In this document: one piece after another, positions 1-12,270 of the stretch
How the letters are laid out: the number at the start of each line of letters is the position of its first letter
How positions within the stretch are numbered: position 1 is the stretch's first letter
Source of the DNA: Ginglymostoma cirratum
Taxonomy: Eukaryota
Length of the DNA stretch: 64,000 bases
Assembly (NCBI GenBank): GCA_024137785.1
Contig: JAHRHZ010000098.1
Span: 24,183,434-24,247,433 of the forward strand
Direction: 5' to 3'
Notes under the pieces: model-generated
What the model was told of the DNA's origin: nothing
The model's input: the letters and a program-made list of their open reading frames with translations, nothing else
The model's database searches: none
Translations under genes and position numbers: made by a program

Positions 1-2154
1 GGTGGGAAAGAGCCCTGAAACAAACAGAGAAAATTAAGATCTGTTCATTATCTGTTTGCTCTGAAATGAAACTATTATTTTGCTAATTTTAATTTACCTC
101 TAAATTTAGGTCATCTGCATACTTAGTGCAACAATCTTGAGGTATGTTGATGACTTCAGGCAAGGTGTCTGATCTTTAGTTCCATCAAACTGAGGGAAAT
201 CTAGGGACACATCTGTGCTGGACTTCATCCCTCTGCAGTGACCTTGGAGGAGAATCTTACATTCTAATCCTTTGCACTGATTTTGCAATGACTCTGCTTA
301 TTAACTCTTTGAACTAAATCTCAACATATACCCTGTGCACAATCTGGAAGGCACAGGACATCATGGAGCATGGGTTCAGGTGATCCCCCACACCCTAGAG
401 GTCCAATTAAATACCGTAAGGAGCCACAGGCACTTTCAGCATGTCGTAAGCCCTGACCTTTTCAGAAAATTTTGAAAATGCATCATGTTGCCATTACCTA
501 CTGCAGCTACTGTGCATTGGATTTACAGCATCTGTCTAACAGATTTGATACTTCCCATGATTTATGATTTTTCATTGAACATTTCACAACACAACCACCC
601 TCTGCTCATCATGCAATTGTCATCTTTCCACCTAAATAATTTCAACACATTATTTTCACATTTTGATGAAAGAAGAGTAGGAAATTGCTAAGTTTTAAAT
701 CATGCTTTATTTGTTTATGGAAGATCATTAGTCTGAGACATGCAGCAGCCTCTCCCTGACTATACCTGAATGAAGCTGTTTAACAATGCAAATGCCATTT
801 ATTAGCATTTTCATCAGTAACAGCAATTACTGGGATATGAAGGCAAAACATCTTTTTAGCTGAGCTATGGCCCAAAGAGCACTCCTGCTTCAATAATGAT
901 GAAGCAGCCAACTATTTTAGGCAACAAATTGGAAGATAACATCAAACAGATTGGTCTTTGCAGCAAACATTTCTCGGCTTTCACGGATCTTTGGTCATAG
1001 AGATCATTTACTGTTTCCACCCCACTTCCAGAGAGATTGTGTGGATAAAATACCTGTGGGTAATACGCCAATCAAATAAATCTGGGCACTTTGTGTCCCT
1101 TCATAGATATATATAACACTCCACTGGATCACGTCCATGTCATCCAGAATGTTTTTGATAGCAAATAAAAACAAAGCAATGGCAGAATGAACCGCAAAGT
1201 AAAAGTGAGGAAGCTCAGGCCAGAAAGTCCACTCATTTCCTCATTGCAGCCACAAACCACAAAACAATCAACGCCAACTCCAATTCCGTCCAACTCCAAT
1301 TCCGTCCTAAGTGATGCATTCCCAAGTACATGCATCCTTGCCATCACTTTCAAAACACATTTATAACATAACAAAGTATAATGTGACTGTACATTGTTAG
1401 TACTATCCATTTACCAAGTTGGAATGATAAGTTGACAAAAGCTATTGACTGAACTTTGAATTTTTTTTTAAATTAATCTTGAATAATTAATGGATTTACC
1501 CAAAATCCTTGTGTAATCCATGTACAGGACCTGAGGAAAACCACAATGCAGTACCCTCCCATGTTCAGTATACCTCACCATTAACAAGCAGAAGCAGTAA
1601 CTCAGAATCTGAGCAGAAAATAAATTCATGATCTGGCTGAGCTATCATGGATTATTGCATCTGTAGTGTCCTGGAGAAAGTGGTCATGTAAAAGTGCACT
1701 GGTATGGAACCAACTTCAAAGCCATTTTTTTCTTTTGCCTATATTCAAACCACCTTCTCCCATTTTAATCCTTTTCACTCTAAACAATCCCAACATATTT
1801 TAAATCTTTCTGATATTTCATATCATTCCATCCCATTCCAAAAATTCTATCTCAACCTATTTATTTGTAGAGCCATTCTAACTCAAAACAAACCATCTGA
1901 TTCCAATCCAGTATATTGATTGCTGTTAATATGAATGGAAAGCAAAAGAGGCGCTGGTACATATTCTCGAATATCAGGATTTCTTTATTGAGAACTCTGA
2001 ATTAAGATCCTTTAGCTGAATTCCTCTATTAAGTTCACTGTGTTAATTCACTTGTATAGCAATCCTTCCTGATCTCTGTATTATCCTTCTCCTAAAAAAA
2101 AAATAAACTGAGATCTTTATGCTGGGATGCTTCTATAAAGATCTCGATATTCAG

Positions 2155-2240
2155 AGTCATACAGCACAGAAACAGGCCCTTCGGTCCAACTCATCTGCAC
2201 TGACCAGATATCCTAAACTGATCTAGTCCCATTTGCCAGT
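2155..2240 (-). mobile_element. CR1 LINE 3' tail fragment
   Basis: AGTCATACAGCACAGAAACAGGCCCTTCGGTCCAAC...CTAGTCCCATTTGCCAG closely matches the terminal segment of the CR1 copy starting at 10816. Confidence 0.75.
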
Positions 2241-3039
2241 CCTTATTAAGGCCCCACTATTACAATAATTTGGTTAGGAAGCCTGCATTAGAATGTTTAG
2301 ACTAAAATCCCCCAATCAGTGTTCATGTACTAAACCATGAGTATTAACATCACTACATCATAGTCTCTTTATTTGGTTTCCTAATACCCCTCTGTTAGAA
2401 TCCACCCAGTAGGATTCCTCTGTATCCATTAGGATCCATGTCTTTTAATCCCTGTGTAAAAAATTGTGTTTCTGAATTCCAGTTTGGGCATTCTCTGGGT
2501 CATTAAGTTTTGATTTGTATTGTAGGCTGACTGTATTGAGATTTCATTGTGATGGATAATTCTGGCATTGTATTTCTGGCCTCTTTCATTCTGTGGTTGT
2601 TGAAATAGTGGTTTTTCTATTTGAAATGTAGGTCACTTTTATGTGCCTTTGAAATATTCAGTGACAGCATCTTAAAAATGCTGCAGTAACTGAGCCACAC
2701 AAAAACAAAGAACACAAGTAAAGGAACCACTCGCCCCCCTCCGTGCTTTTTTCTGCATTTTGAGGTCTAACAAAAATACTCCTGTAAGTTTCTCAGAATA
2801 TCGATTTTAAGGCCCACTCAAACTTTTGACTGATTTTCAAAGGGCCTGTTCCTATGCTGTCAGCAATTACAACTATCTTGACAGATGATTTAATAGAGCT
2901 CTCCAATCAGAGACTAACCTGAATGCAAGGGCACTAATGAAACCCCTGAGAAATCTCCTTTGAATTTAATAGCAGAGAATTGTAGCCTTATCATTGAGAA
3001 TCAAATTGTTAAGAGATTGACTTCATCTGTCCAATTTGG

Positions 3040-3760
3040 GTGAGCTGCCTACTTGATCTGCAGCAGTCCAGTTGGTGTAAGTATCCCCATGATACTGTTA
3101 GAGAGAGAATTCCAGGACTTTGACCCAGCAACACTGAAGGAACCCCTGTATTTTTCCACGTAAGGATGATGAGTGATTTGGAGGGGCACTTGCACTTCCA
3201 TGCGTTTGCTGCCCTTGCCCTTCTAAATGGTGGTGGTCTTAAGTTTGTGGATTTCTGCAGTGCACCTTGTAGATGGTACATCCTGATGCTACTGAGTTTG
3301 TAGCAGGAATGAATGCTTGTGGATATCATGTCAATCATGTGGGCTGCTTTGTCCGAGATGGAGTCAAGCTTCTTGAGTGTTGTTGGAGCTCTAAGTGGGA
3401 AGTATTCTATCACACTTCTGACTTGTATGTTGTAGATGGTGAACAGGCTTTGGGAAGTCAGGTGGTGAATTATATGTTACAGAATTGTGACCTTCTTTGG
3501 AGTGGTCAGTACTCCTGATATTATCATGGACAGATGCATCAGGATGAGAAGTATGTTTTTCCCTCTCATTTGTTTCTTCATCCTTCTGTGGCAGACCCAT
3601 TCTAGCAGCTCTAGGACTTTACCAGCTCCATCAGCAGTGGTAATGCCAAGCCAGTCTTGGTGTTAGTTATTGAAGTCTCCCACCAAAAATGCATTCTGCC
3701 CCTTTCAAGTGGTGTCCAACAGGAGGAGAACTCATTTATAAACTGAGTAGGGATGATATT
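3040..3760 (-). mobile_element. Degenerate CR1/L2-clade LINE fragment (family with GGGCAATAAATGCTGG tail)
   Basis: Minus ORF 3009..3413 (TTLKKLDSISDKAAHMI...IHSCY..RMYH) is LINE ORF2 C-terminus-like; co-linear with the copies at 10105-10810, 17020-17515 and 60540-61325. Confidence 0.65.
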
Positions 3761-4129
3761 GTAAAAAGCAAGCAAGGGATTTAGTTCTGCTAGGCTTTAA
3801 TTATTTTTACAAAATATAAGGCGTGAAGAAGATCAATGCTTGCTATTTCATTCTATCTATTAAAACTGAAACTTCATAAGGCTAAGATTTGTGCTGTATG
3901 ACTAATTTTGCAATAAAACATTATCACTGGTTGCTGTGCCTCTTCAGTGAACATTAGCTCCAAGTGGTTGAGGTATAGAAATGCTGATAGTCATTAGAAA
4001 TTAATTGCTCAACTAAAATATTTGATTTCATAACAGAATATTTGAAAGAATTCTATTTTTTAAATGAATCTGTATTTTAAGTCGTGACAAAGTCAATAGA
4101 CACATTATTTATATCAGCATGGTTCCTGA

Positions 4130-4798
4130 AGTCTGCTCATGGAGGACATGGGATAAGTTAATAGGAACGGGGTAAGGGCAAAGGATGGTAAGTGGGGGGA
4201 ATTGTTTTTTACAAATTCAGAATCATCAGCTCTGAAGAAGGGTCACTGGACCTGAAACGTTAACTCTGATTTCTCTCCACAGATGCTGCCAGACCTGCTG
4301 AGACGTTCCCGCAATTTCTGTTTTTGTTTCTGATTTCCAGGATCTGCATTTCTTTCAGATTTGTTTTGTTTTGTTTTATGAGTTGTCACTGAGTGAGTAA
4401 GGGCAATGAATGGCATAGGAGGAAATGTGGTAGGGCATGGTTGTCTTAATGGTATGAGTGATCATGGGGCTGAGTGGAGGGCATAGGATGTATGAGGATT
4501 ATGGAGGTTGGTGCAGGAGCATAACGTGAAATGCATAGGACATAAGTAGAGTGTGAGGGAGGGGGTATAAGGGATGTGGGCTGGAAGGATGGTTTTTGTT
4601 TTGTAAGTAACTTTCCACAAAGCTCATCTGCACAACCAGCACCCTCTGCTCATGTTCTGGTGTCACCGGGCCCAACTCCTGGCTGGTCCTGATCGAAAGT
4701 CTAACATTCCAGGGCACATTTTCCCAGCTCAGGTTTGTGGAGCTGGGCGTTTCACTGACTGTACTTTCCCAACCCAAGAATAAAAATCCAGACCTTTG
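4130..4798. mobile_element. Probable non-autonomous Harbinger-type DNA transposon relic
   Basis: GGCAT(A/G)G-rich subrepeats; end ...TAAAAATCCAGACC resembles the AAAATTCAACCC terminus at 26483; interrupted by a PLE module at 4231. Confidence 0.35.
4229..4360 (+). mobile_element. Penelope terminal module (family B) with hammerhead-ribozyme motif
   Basis: CTGAAGA-A-GGGTC-ACTG-GACCT-GAAACGTTA at 4232-4262, then CAGATGCTGCCAGACCTGCTGAG; same family at 37870 and 61468. Confidence 0.8.
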
Positions 4799-5482
4799 TG
4801 TTAGAAGGGAGGACAGAGATGAGGGACAGGGGTAAGAACTGAAAGGAAATGGTCGCTGTGAATGAAAAGATAAATATTTGGAGTGTTATGTCATCCTCTA
4901 GGACCATCCTGGAATAATAGCAACGTTTGTTCACAGTGGAGTAAGTTGTTTTCTTCACAGTGATCCAAGGAGAGAGATAGGATTGAGGACTTGTTTTATA
5001 ACTTCAATCTTTTCTTACAGCTGTCAGATGCAATCATGTGAAATATGCTAACTGAATTTCAGCACAAAACAATACCCTGCCTGAGATATCATTTCAACGA
5101 TGAGGCAGAGACATGCAACTGGGTTGCATCAGTATTTTATGAAATATTATTCAGTAGAGTCAAGGGTGGTAACTCTTAAGATTGTGCAATATGTGTGAAA
5201 GGAGCAGTGTAAATTTCCAAAATTGCATTTTAGAAGCTTATAGAGTCAATGTGTCTAAAATCGAGTTTTAGCTCAAAAGCTGAAACGAAAGCTTAGCTGT
5301 TGAAGTAAATGATCACTTAAAGCTTTATGGCCAATAATACTTCACAGCTTGTCCCACAAATCACCAATGCTTTTGGTCATGGAATCTTGCCCAGATAGGT
5401 TGACTGTAAACTCTTCTAAACTAAAGGTGATAAATCATAAGGTGAAGTTGCCATTGTCCCAGAGGAGAGACAACTAGTGGTC

Positions 5483-5620
5483 TACTTAAGGTGGGAGCAA
5501 ATTTCTGCAGACTTTAGAACCTGAACCGAAATAACAAGTGCTGGAGATCTCAGCGGCTCAGGCAATGTCTATGGATGCTGCTGACCTGCTGTGATCTCCA
5601 GCACTTTTTTTTGTTTTCAG
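5483..5620. mobile_element. Fold-back Penelope terminal module (family C), centre deleted
   Basis: Arms AGTGCTGGAGATCTCAGC / GCTGTGATCTCCAGCACT; flanked by TAGTGGT duplication (5476-5482, 5621-5627); related to 55091-55298. Confidence 0.7.
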
Positions 5621-5714
5621 TAGTGGTGAGTTTAATCTGAGGGTCATCATGTTTCAGGTGAGGTTGAGAAGGTAGGACCTTCATGGTAACCTTAGCCAGT
5701 GCAGGAAAATCTAT

Positions 5715-5905
5715 TGACAGCTGTGGCTCACAGGCAGCATACTTGCCTTAAAATGAATAGGTTTTTTGTTTTAAATTCCACTGGAAGTGATTGTAAGCAG
5801 CATCACTTAGGTTGATGTTGCAGCCAAGTGTTGAAACTATTGGAGGTGCAGTCTTTGCAATGCTGAGCTAAGTTGAAGCCTCGTCTGCCTGAATGTAAGG
5901 GATCC
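5715..5905 (+). mobile_element. Old Deu-domain SINE remnant
   Basis: TTGGAGGTGCAGTCTTTGCAATG...GCCTCGTCTGCCTGAATGTAAGGGATCC resembles the Deu-SINE core as recalled. Confidence 0.45.
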
Positions 5906-6439
5906 AAAGTAAAGCAGAAGGTGCTAAAAGTATTCAGGCTGCAAACATGGAGAGAAACAGAGTAAATGACTACTCAGATTTCCATCTTCTGCAGTATTTT
6001 GTTTTTGTGTCACATCTCATGTTTCAATGCTACACCTCCCTGGTGTAACATCCTGTGGATTGAGCCCTGCTACTCCCAGACTCATTACAAAAGTTTAAGA
6101 TTTAGTAAAGGTATGCAAAATTTGAAAATTGCCCAATTTATCTGATTTTTTTCCGACCCAAGTTGATGAAAAGCAGGGCCAGGTTTTTGTACTTAACAAG
6201 AATTACTATTTATCACAAATAGATATATTCTAGCTACAGAAAACAATTGTGAATCATTGATATATAACTCTTTCAGTTAAAATCCTAACCCGTTATAAAA
6301 CTCTTGCGCACACATACAGTTCAATGCAAAAACAAATGGTGTTATTAGCAGTGGGAAAAACTGGGAAGGCAGTTCAACGTTCCCTGTCCAAGTGGTTCAC
6401 TGATCCTTTGAACATGTCAGGACCTGATACTCCATGATC

Positions 6440-6615
6440 TTCCTTCCACTGGGTCAAAATCTTGGCACTCGCAATCTACAAAAGCTATGGGAGTACCGTC
6501 ACTTCACAGACAACATCAGTTCAAGAAGATGGCTTGCCACTACCTTCTCTATGGTAATGAGGAATGGGCAAAAAATACTGAATGCTATCAATGCTCACGC
6601 CCATACATGAATAAT
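6440..6615 (+). mobile_element. LINE 3' end (GGGCAATAAATGCTGG-tail family)
   Basis: CAGTTCAAGAAGATGGCTTGCCACTACCTTCTC...GGAATGGGCAAAAAATACTG...CCCATACATGAATAA, co-linear with 61200-61325. Confidence 0.6.
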
Positions 6616-7039
6616 GAGAAGCTTGAGTAAGAAAAAAATTTTGAGAAATGCAAGATCCATAACCTGATTGTAAACAAGACCAAAACTATTGAGAAAATAT
6701 TGAGAAGGAAAATAGTGCTCTTTCCTGCATATTTACCACAGTAATTTCAGGTGCAGGTAGATGCGTGATTTCGGTTGCAAATTTGAGTGTTGCTGCGAAT
6801 AATGTTAACTTCACGAAAATGCACCTCACTGTGCAGTTGTTCATTCACCTGCATTGAGTGACATGAAGTTCTTGTTCTTTACATGGTAGATAGAAAGCAA
6901 CTGTAAGTTATCACAAATTATTTAGCTTTGTATAATGTTTTAATGGCAAGAGAGTGTTGACTATCTCCAGTCAAACTCTCTGGCATTGAAAATTATCTGT
7001 TAAAATAGTTAATCCCATTCCATCACATCTTAAATGGTC

Positions 7040-7880
7040 CTGAAATGTTCTCTCTACTTCAAGTTACTCTGAAAGAGCATGGCATCTCAAACATATGAGC
7101 AATAAGTGAAGCTAGCTGCTATGCATTAGCAATAAGAGTGGCAATGCCACAAACCGGAATCTGCAGTCAAACTATAAAGATACTCTGCTCATCGCAAAGG
7201 TGAATAACATGACATATGAATTTCAGTGCCAGTGTGATGCTAGGTATCTAGGCCATACATCTCAAAGAGTGGTGGATCATTTCAAACAAGATACAACTTT
7301 GGCCGTTTCTAACAAGTAAGCTGCTGGCTGTATCCAATCATCCCATGCTTGCAAACTCAAAAGCTCAACTTAAAATCTAACTCCACAATTGAACAATAAT
7401 TGCTCATTATTTCTGAATGTGAATATAAATATGCTGACAATGAATTTAAGATTGTTAATTGGGCTTGCAGTGTGGCACATTTACGCATCCTGGGAACTAT
7501 GTATATTAATATACAAGGCTACACTCTTTGCAGACAAAAAGAAAACATACACACTGTGTAACATCTTAGATTCAACGAAACAGAAGACAGCCATTCTCTC
7601 GTTCATTTCTCAGGGCAATGCCTTGACCAATCAGATTCAACTTGCCGATATTATATGTAATCAAAACATGACAATTAACTGCATATCATCATCAAACTAA
7701 TGCATTCACTGTGATAACACATCTACCAATCAGAGTTCATTTGCAATCAATCAGCACTCTCTTGTTTTTCCTTAACTTATGGTATTTCTTGCAAGTTATC
7801 CTGATGAGTTCAAGTCAAAAAGCTTTGAAAAAGTCTGTTTTTGCTAGCAACAATCTAGTTCTGTACTAGCAAACAACTAT
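7040..7880 (+). mobile_element. Ancient Penelope-like element (GIY-YIG endonuclease relic; different lineage from the young copies)
   Basis: 7205-7291 translates NMTYEFQCQCDARYLGHTSQRVVDHFKQD (GIY-YIG pattern VVYxFxCxCxxxYIGxTxRxLxxRxxEH); degenerate CCTGATGAG...AAAAGCTT at ~7800. Confidence 0.7.
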
Positions 7881-9264
7881 TTTAATTGTTCTTTGAGGTT
7901 TTTTTCATTATCGCCAGATCCAATATTTTCTTTCTGACACTTCATTTGTCTATCTGAACTGATTTGACATTGAATTTACCAGTCTAACATATATTTTCAC
8001 CTTCAGGCTTTGCTCTGTTAATTTCAGAATCCTCCAATCTGGATCCAGATAGAAGGTACCATGCTATTTCTCACTCCCAGCACAAACTATCATGGAAATG
8101 GGGTTGGCAAGGGCAATTCAAATGGTGGCTGACGCACAATGGCCTAGCACAGTAATATTTAGGCCATGATAAATACAAGGTGTGTCTTGCCAGTGAAAAA
8201 GCCATATCTCAGTGACATAACACCAGCGTGGAACTCTAGTTTTATTACATTTGATTGGCAGTAGAAATGAAACTTTCTGACACCAGTATCACCATAATAG
8301 TTTAAGTGAATCCATCCAGCATTGATTCTGCCATGTACAAGCTCGGTCTAAATGCTGAGAGTGTGACCTTTTGATTTTCAGTCTCAATGCGTGTTATGAT
8401 GCTGCACTGTATTATAATGTCTGTGCTTCTGTAAAGCAATCAGTAAGTGAACAGCTTGAAATTACTCAACCTTCTGCTGGAATAATGTTTGATTGTTCCA
8501 ACTTTCAAGATTTATGTGCAACATTAAAAGCATATTTTGATGCCTGTAACAGAGTTTGTGAGTATACTTATGTGTATAAAAATTGCAAGGACTGTGTAAG
8601 ATGAATGCTGTCTCAGCAACATTGCAGGTAGAGAAAAACCTTTTTGTTGATAGGTGACGCAAATCCTACTAACTACTTACTCAGAGAAGAGAAAACCTGG
8701 TTTCTGCAACACATTTTAAGACTCCAGAAAATCCTTTCTCTATTTGCTCCATTAAGGGTGCGACAGACTGAAGTCACTTGCTCAGTCACCATCACTCCCA
8801 TTTCCCCTGCATTGCAACATCACCTTTGCCCCAGCCAAAGGTTATTCCCATTAAATGAGTGACTTGGACGCTGAGAATGGAGACCCATCTTGCTACATTT
8901 TCTGCAGCCATACTGTTGGAGAGAGATTTTAGAGACGGATCTTATGTTCAGCAGCACAAATTGATCTTCATTTGGAACTTCTTACCACGCAGCTTGAAAG
9001 AGGTCACTGGAGACAGACTCCAAGGCGCTGCTCCCCCACCTCCCCATGCAGTACGGGACATTTATACATTCTGCGTTACAACAATTACACACAACATTGA
9101 CGTCAGTGATTTCCACATCCCCTCTAATCATTATGCCCCTCCCCAGACATTTGGTAGCTGCACCATGTTAAGTAGGTGCTGCTTGTTACCTTATGAAGCT
9201 GCGGTTGTTTATTTTCCAGAGGCCATAATGACAAAAGTAATGTTTTGCAAATGCCCCCTTATAA

Positions 9265-9800
9265 CAGATGACATGTCCATCCTTGGCCTCCTGCAATGCC
9301 ACAGTGATGCCCCCCGAAGGCTGCAGGAACAGCAAATCATATTCAGCCTGGAAACCCTGCAGCCCAATGGCATCAATGTGGATTTCACAAGCTTCAAAAT
9401 CTCCCCTCCCCCAACCGCATCCCAAAACCAGCCCAGCTCATCTCCACCTCCCTAACCTGTTTTTCCTCTCACCTCAAGCCACACCCCCATCTCCTATCTA
9501 CTAGCATCATCCCGCCCCCTTGACCTGTCCGTCCTCCCTGGACTGACTTATCTCCTCCCTACCCCCCTACCTACACTCACCTTTACTGGCTCCATCCCCG
9601 CCTCTTCGACTTGTCTGCCTCCTCTCCACCTATCCTCTCCTCTATCCATCCTCTATCCGCCTCCCCCTCTCTCCCTATTTATTTCAGAACCCTCTTCCCC
9701 TCCCCCATTTCTGATGAAGGGTTTAGGCCCGAAACGTCAAGTTTTCCTGCTCCTATGATGCTGCTTGACCCGCTGTGTTCATCCAGCCCCATGCTTGTTA
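9265..9800 (+). mobile_element. 5'-truncated Neptune-type Penelope element (GIY-YIG C-terminus, C/T-rich UTR, hammerhead module)
   Basis: DDMSILGLLQCHSDAPRRLQEQQIIFSLETLQPNGINVDF matches the C-terminus of the copies at 30003 and 42131; 11-bp TSD CCCCCTTATAA at 9254-9264 and 9801-9811. Confidence 0.9.
9707..9742 (+). ncRNA. Minimal type I hammerhead ribozyme motif in Penelope terminus
   Basis: ATTT-CTGATGA-A-GGGT-TTAG-GCCC-GAAAC-GTC-AAGT: canonical CUGAUGA and GAAA boxes, stem II GGGU/GCCC, palindromic ACGU helix III, GUC cleavage triplet, 4-bp helix I ATTT/AAGT. Confidence 0.8.
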
Positions 9801-10104
9801 CCCCCTTATAATATTGTCTGTTTTCCAGTGCCTTTTCATGAGGTTATCTGTTTTTACCTTTCGTTGTACATAATTCAGTGTTTATACCATTCGTCCTTCA
9901 GTCTACCTTGCTGACGGAATGGGGACTTCTCTCTAATATCTACTGCCATTTGTCTAAATTCCTTAACGTTAATTCATTAGTTGCAGTAGAAAAAGACGCA
10001 GGTAGAGGTCTCAAATTTAAGTTTGCCTTTGATCACATTTCACATGGCATCAGTCACTCCCACACATTCCCTGAGCATCTTGTTTTAATGAAGCTTACAT
10101 AATC

Positions 10105-12270
10105 CCTTTTTTCATTCTTTCAGGGCATATAATAGCTATTGGTAAGGCCAGTGTTTGTTGATCTTGAAGATGGCGGTGAACTATCTTTTCAAATTGGTCC
10201 ATCTGGGGCAGTAATACTCCTAGTGCTATCAGGAAGGGATTTCCAGGGTTTTGATCCCAAAGAGTCAAGGAACCACTTCATATTTTCAAGTCAGAATGGT
10301 GCATGCCTTGGAGGAAACTTGAAAGTGATATTGGTTGCTGATGTTCACTGCCCTTGGTCCTTTGAAAAGGTAGAGATCACAGATCTGGAAAGTGCTGAAT
10401 ATAAAAACCATGATGATTTTGTTGGAGTGCATTTTGCCGATTGTGCACTCTGCCAACACTCTGCAGCGTTGGTGGGAGTACTGAAATTTAAATTGGTTGA
10501 TTTTGTGCCAATAAAGCTGTCTGCTTTGTACTGGATACCTTTGAACTTCTCGAGTGTTGAGTGAGCTGCACTCAACCAGACAAATGGAAGACTATTCCAT
10601 CACATTCCTGACTTGAGGGTTGTAAGAGTGGATAATTTTGGAGAATTCAGGAGGTGAGCCACCTGTCTCAGACATTCCAATCTCTGGCCTGTTTTTGTAC
10701 CCATGATGTTGATATAGCTGGTCCAGTTCAGTTTCTCATCAACAGTAACCTTGCAGGACATCGATCATGGAGAATTTGTCAATGATAATGCCATTGAATG
10801 TTAAGGGGAGTTTAAAGTCATAGAGCCATATACTTGTACAGCACGAAAACAGACGCTTCTGTCCAACTCGTCCATGCCGACCAGATACCCTAAATTAACC
10901 TAGTCCCATTTGCCAGCATTTGGCCCATTATCCCTCTAAAACCTTCTTATTCATGTATCCATCCAGATGCCGTTTATAGTTTTCAACTTTACCAGCCTTC
11001 ACCACTTCCTCTGGAAACTCATTCCATACATGCCCCACTGCTGTGTGAAAAGTTGCCCCTTAGATCCCTTTTACATCTTTCCCCTCTGACCTTAAACCTA
11101 TGACTGCTAGTTTTGGACTCTCCTACCCTGGGGAAAAAAGACCTTAGCTGTTCACCCTATCCATGCCCTTCATGATTTTATGAACCTCTACACCTCTCAG
11201 CCTCCGTGGCTCCAGGGAAAATATCTCCAGCCTATTCAGCCTCTCCCTAAAGCTCAAATCCTCCAATCCTGGCAACATCCTAGTAAATCTTTTCTGAACC
11301 CTTTCAAATTTCACAACATCTTTCCTATAGCAGGGAGACCAGAGTTGAATGCAGTATTCCAATAGTGGCCTAATCAATGTCCTGTACAGCTGCAACATGA
11401 CATCCCAATTTCTATACTCAATGCACTGACCAATAAAGGCAACCATACCAAATGCCTTCTTCACCACCCTGACTACCTGTCACTCCACTTTCAAGGAACT
11501 ATGAACTGTAGTCCAAATTCTTTGTTAGTCAATACTCCCCAGGACCCTACTATTAAGTGTATAAGTCCTGCCCTGATTTGCCTTACTAAAATGCAATACC
11601 TCACAATTGCCACTCCATCTGCCATCATGAACTCCATCTGCCACTCCTCGGCCCATTGGCCCATCTGATCAAGGTCCTGTCGTACTCTGTTTGTTAAATT
11701 CTCTCTTGTTTGTGATGCTTATTACTTTGCATTTATGGTGCACAAATGTTATTTATACCAAGCATGGGATTTGTCCAGGTCTCAATGCACATGGGCTGCT
11801 ATCTGAGGAATCACAATTGGTGCAGAATATTGTATAATCATCAACAAACATCCCCACTGCTGAGCTTATGATGAGAGGGAAGGTCATTCATGAAGCAACT
11901 GAAGATGTTTTGGCCTAGCTCACTAACTACCTTGAGGAATCCGTACAGTGATGTCCAGGAGATGAGATCATTGGCCTCCAGCTGCAACCATCTTCCTTTG
12001 TGCTTGGAATGATCCAATCAGTAAAGGGATGCCCCAGCTTACATTGACTTTAGTCTTGCTATGACTCCTTGATGTTACATTTGGTTGAATGCTGCTTTGA
12101 TGTCAAAGGGAGTCACTGTCACATCACCTCTGCAACGCAGCTCCTTCATCCATGTTTGGACGAAGCCAATAAGACCATAAGACTTCAGAGCAGAAGTTAG
12201 GCCATTCAGCCCATCAAGATAATAGTTCAGTGGCCCTGGCAGAACACAAACTGAGTAACAGTGAGTGGGT
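10105..12270 (-). mobile_element. Old CR1/L2-clade LINE (GGGCAATAAATGCTGG-tail family) split by a younger CR1
   Basis: Tail on the minus strand at ~10105-10160; LINE-like sequence at 10160-10810 resumes at ~11690-12270. Confidence 0.6.
10816..11689 (-). mobile_element. CR1 LINE, 5'-truncated
   Basis: ORF 11144..11467 VKKAFGMVAFIGQCIEYRNWDVMLQLYRTLIRPLLEYCIQLWSPCYRKD...RVQKRFTRMLPGL is the CR1 ORF2 C-terminus; 3' UTR at 10816. Confidence 0.9.

Noticed and set aside
865-1071. Possible host exon
   Set aside because: No recognisable protein similarity and no consistent acceptor/donor pair
1274-1307. Tandem duplication CCAACTCCAATTCCGT x2
   Set aside because: Simple 16-bp slippage duplication with no further structure
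8859-9455. 198-aa ORF as a novel gene
   Set aside because: Chance fusion: non-ATG start and unremarkable upstream sequence read into the Penelope fragment beginning at 9265, which has its own TSD
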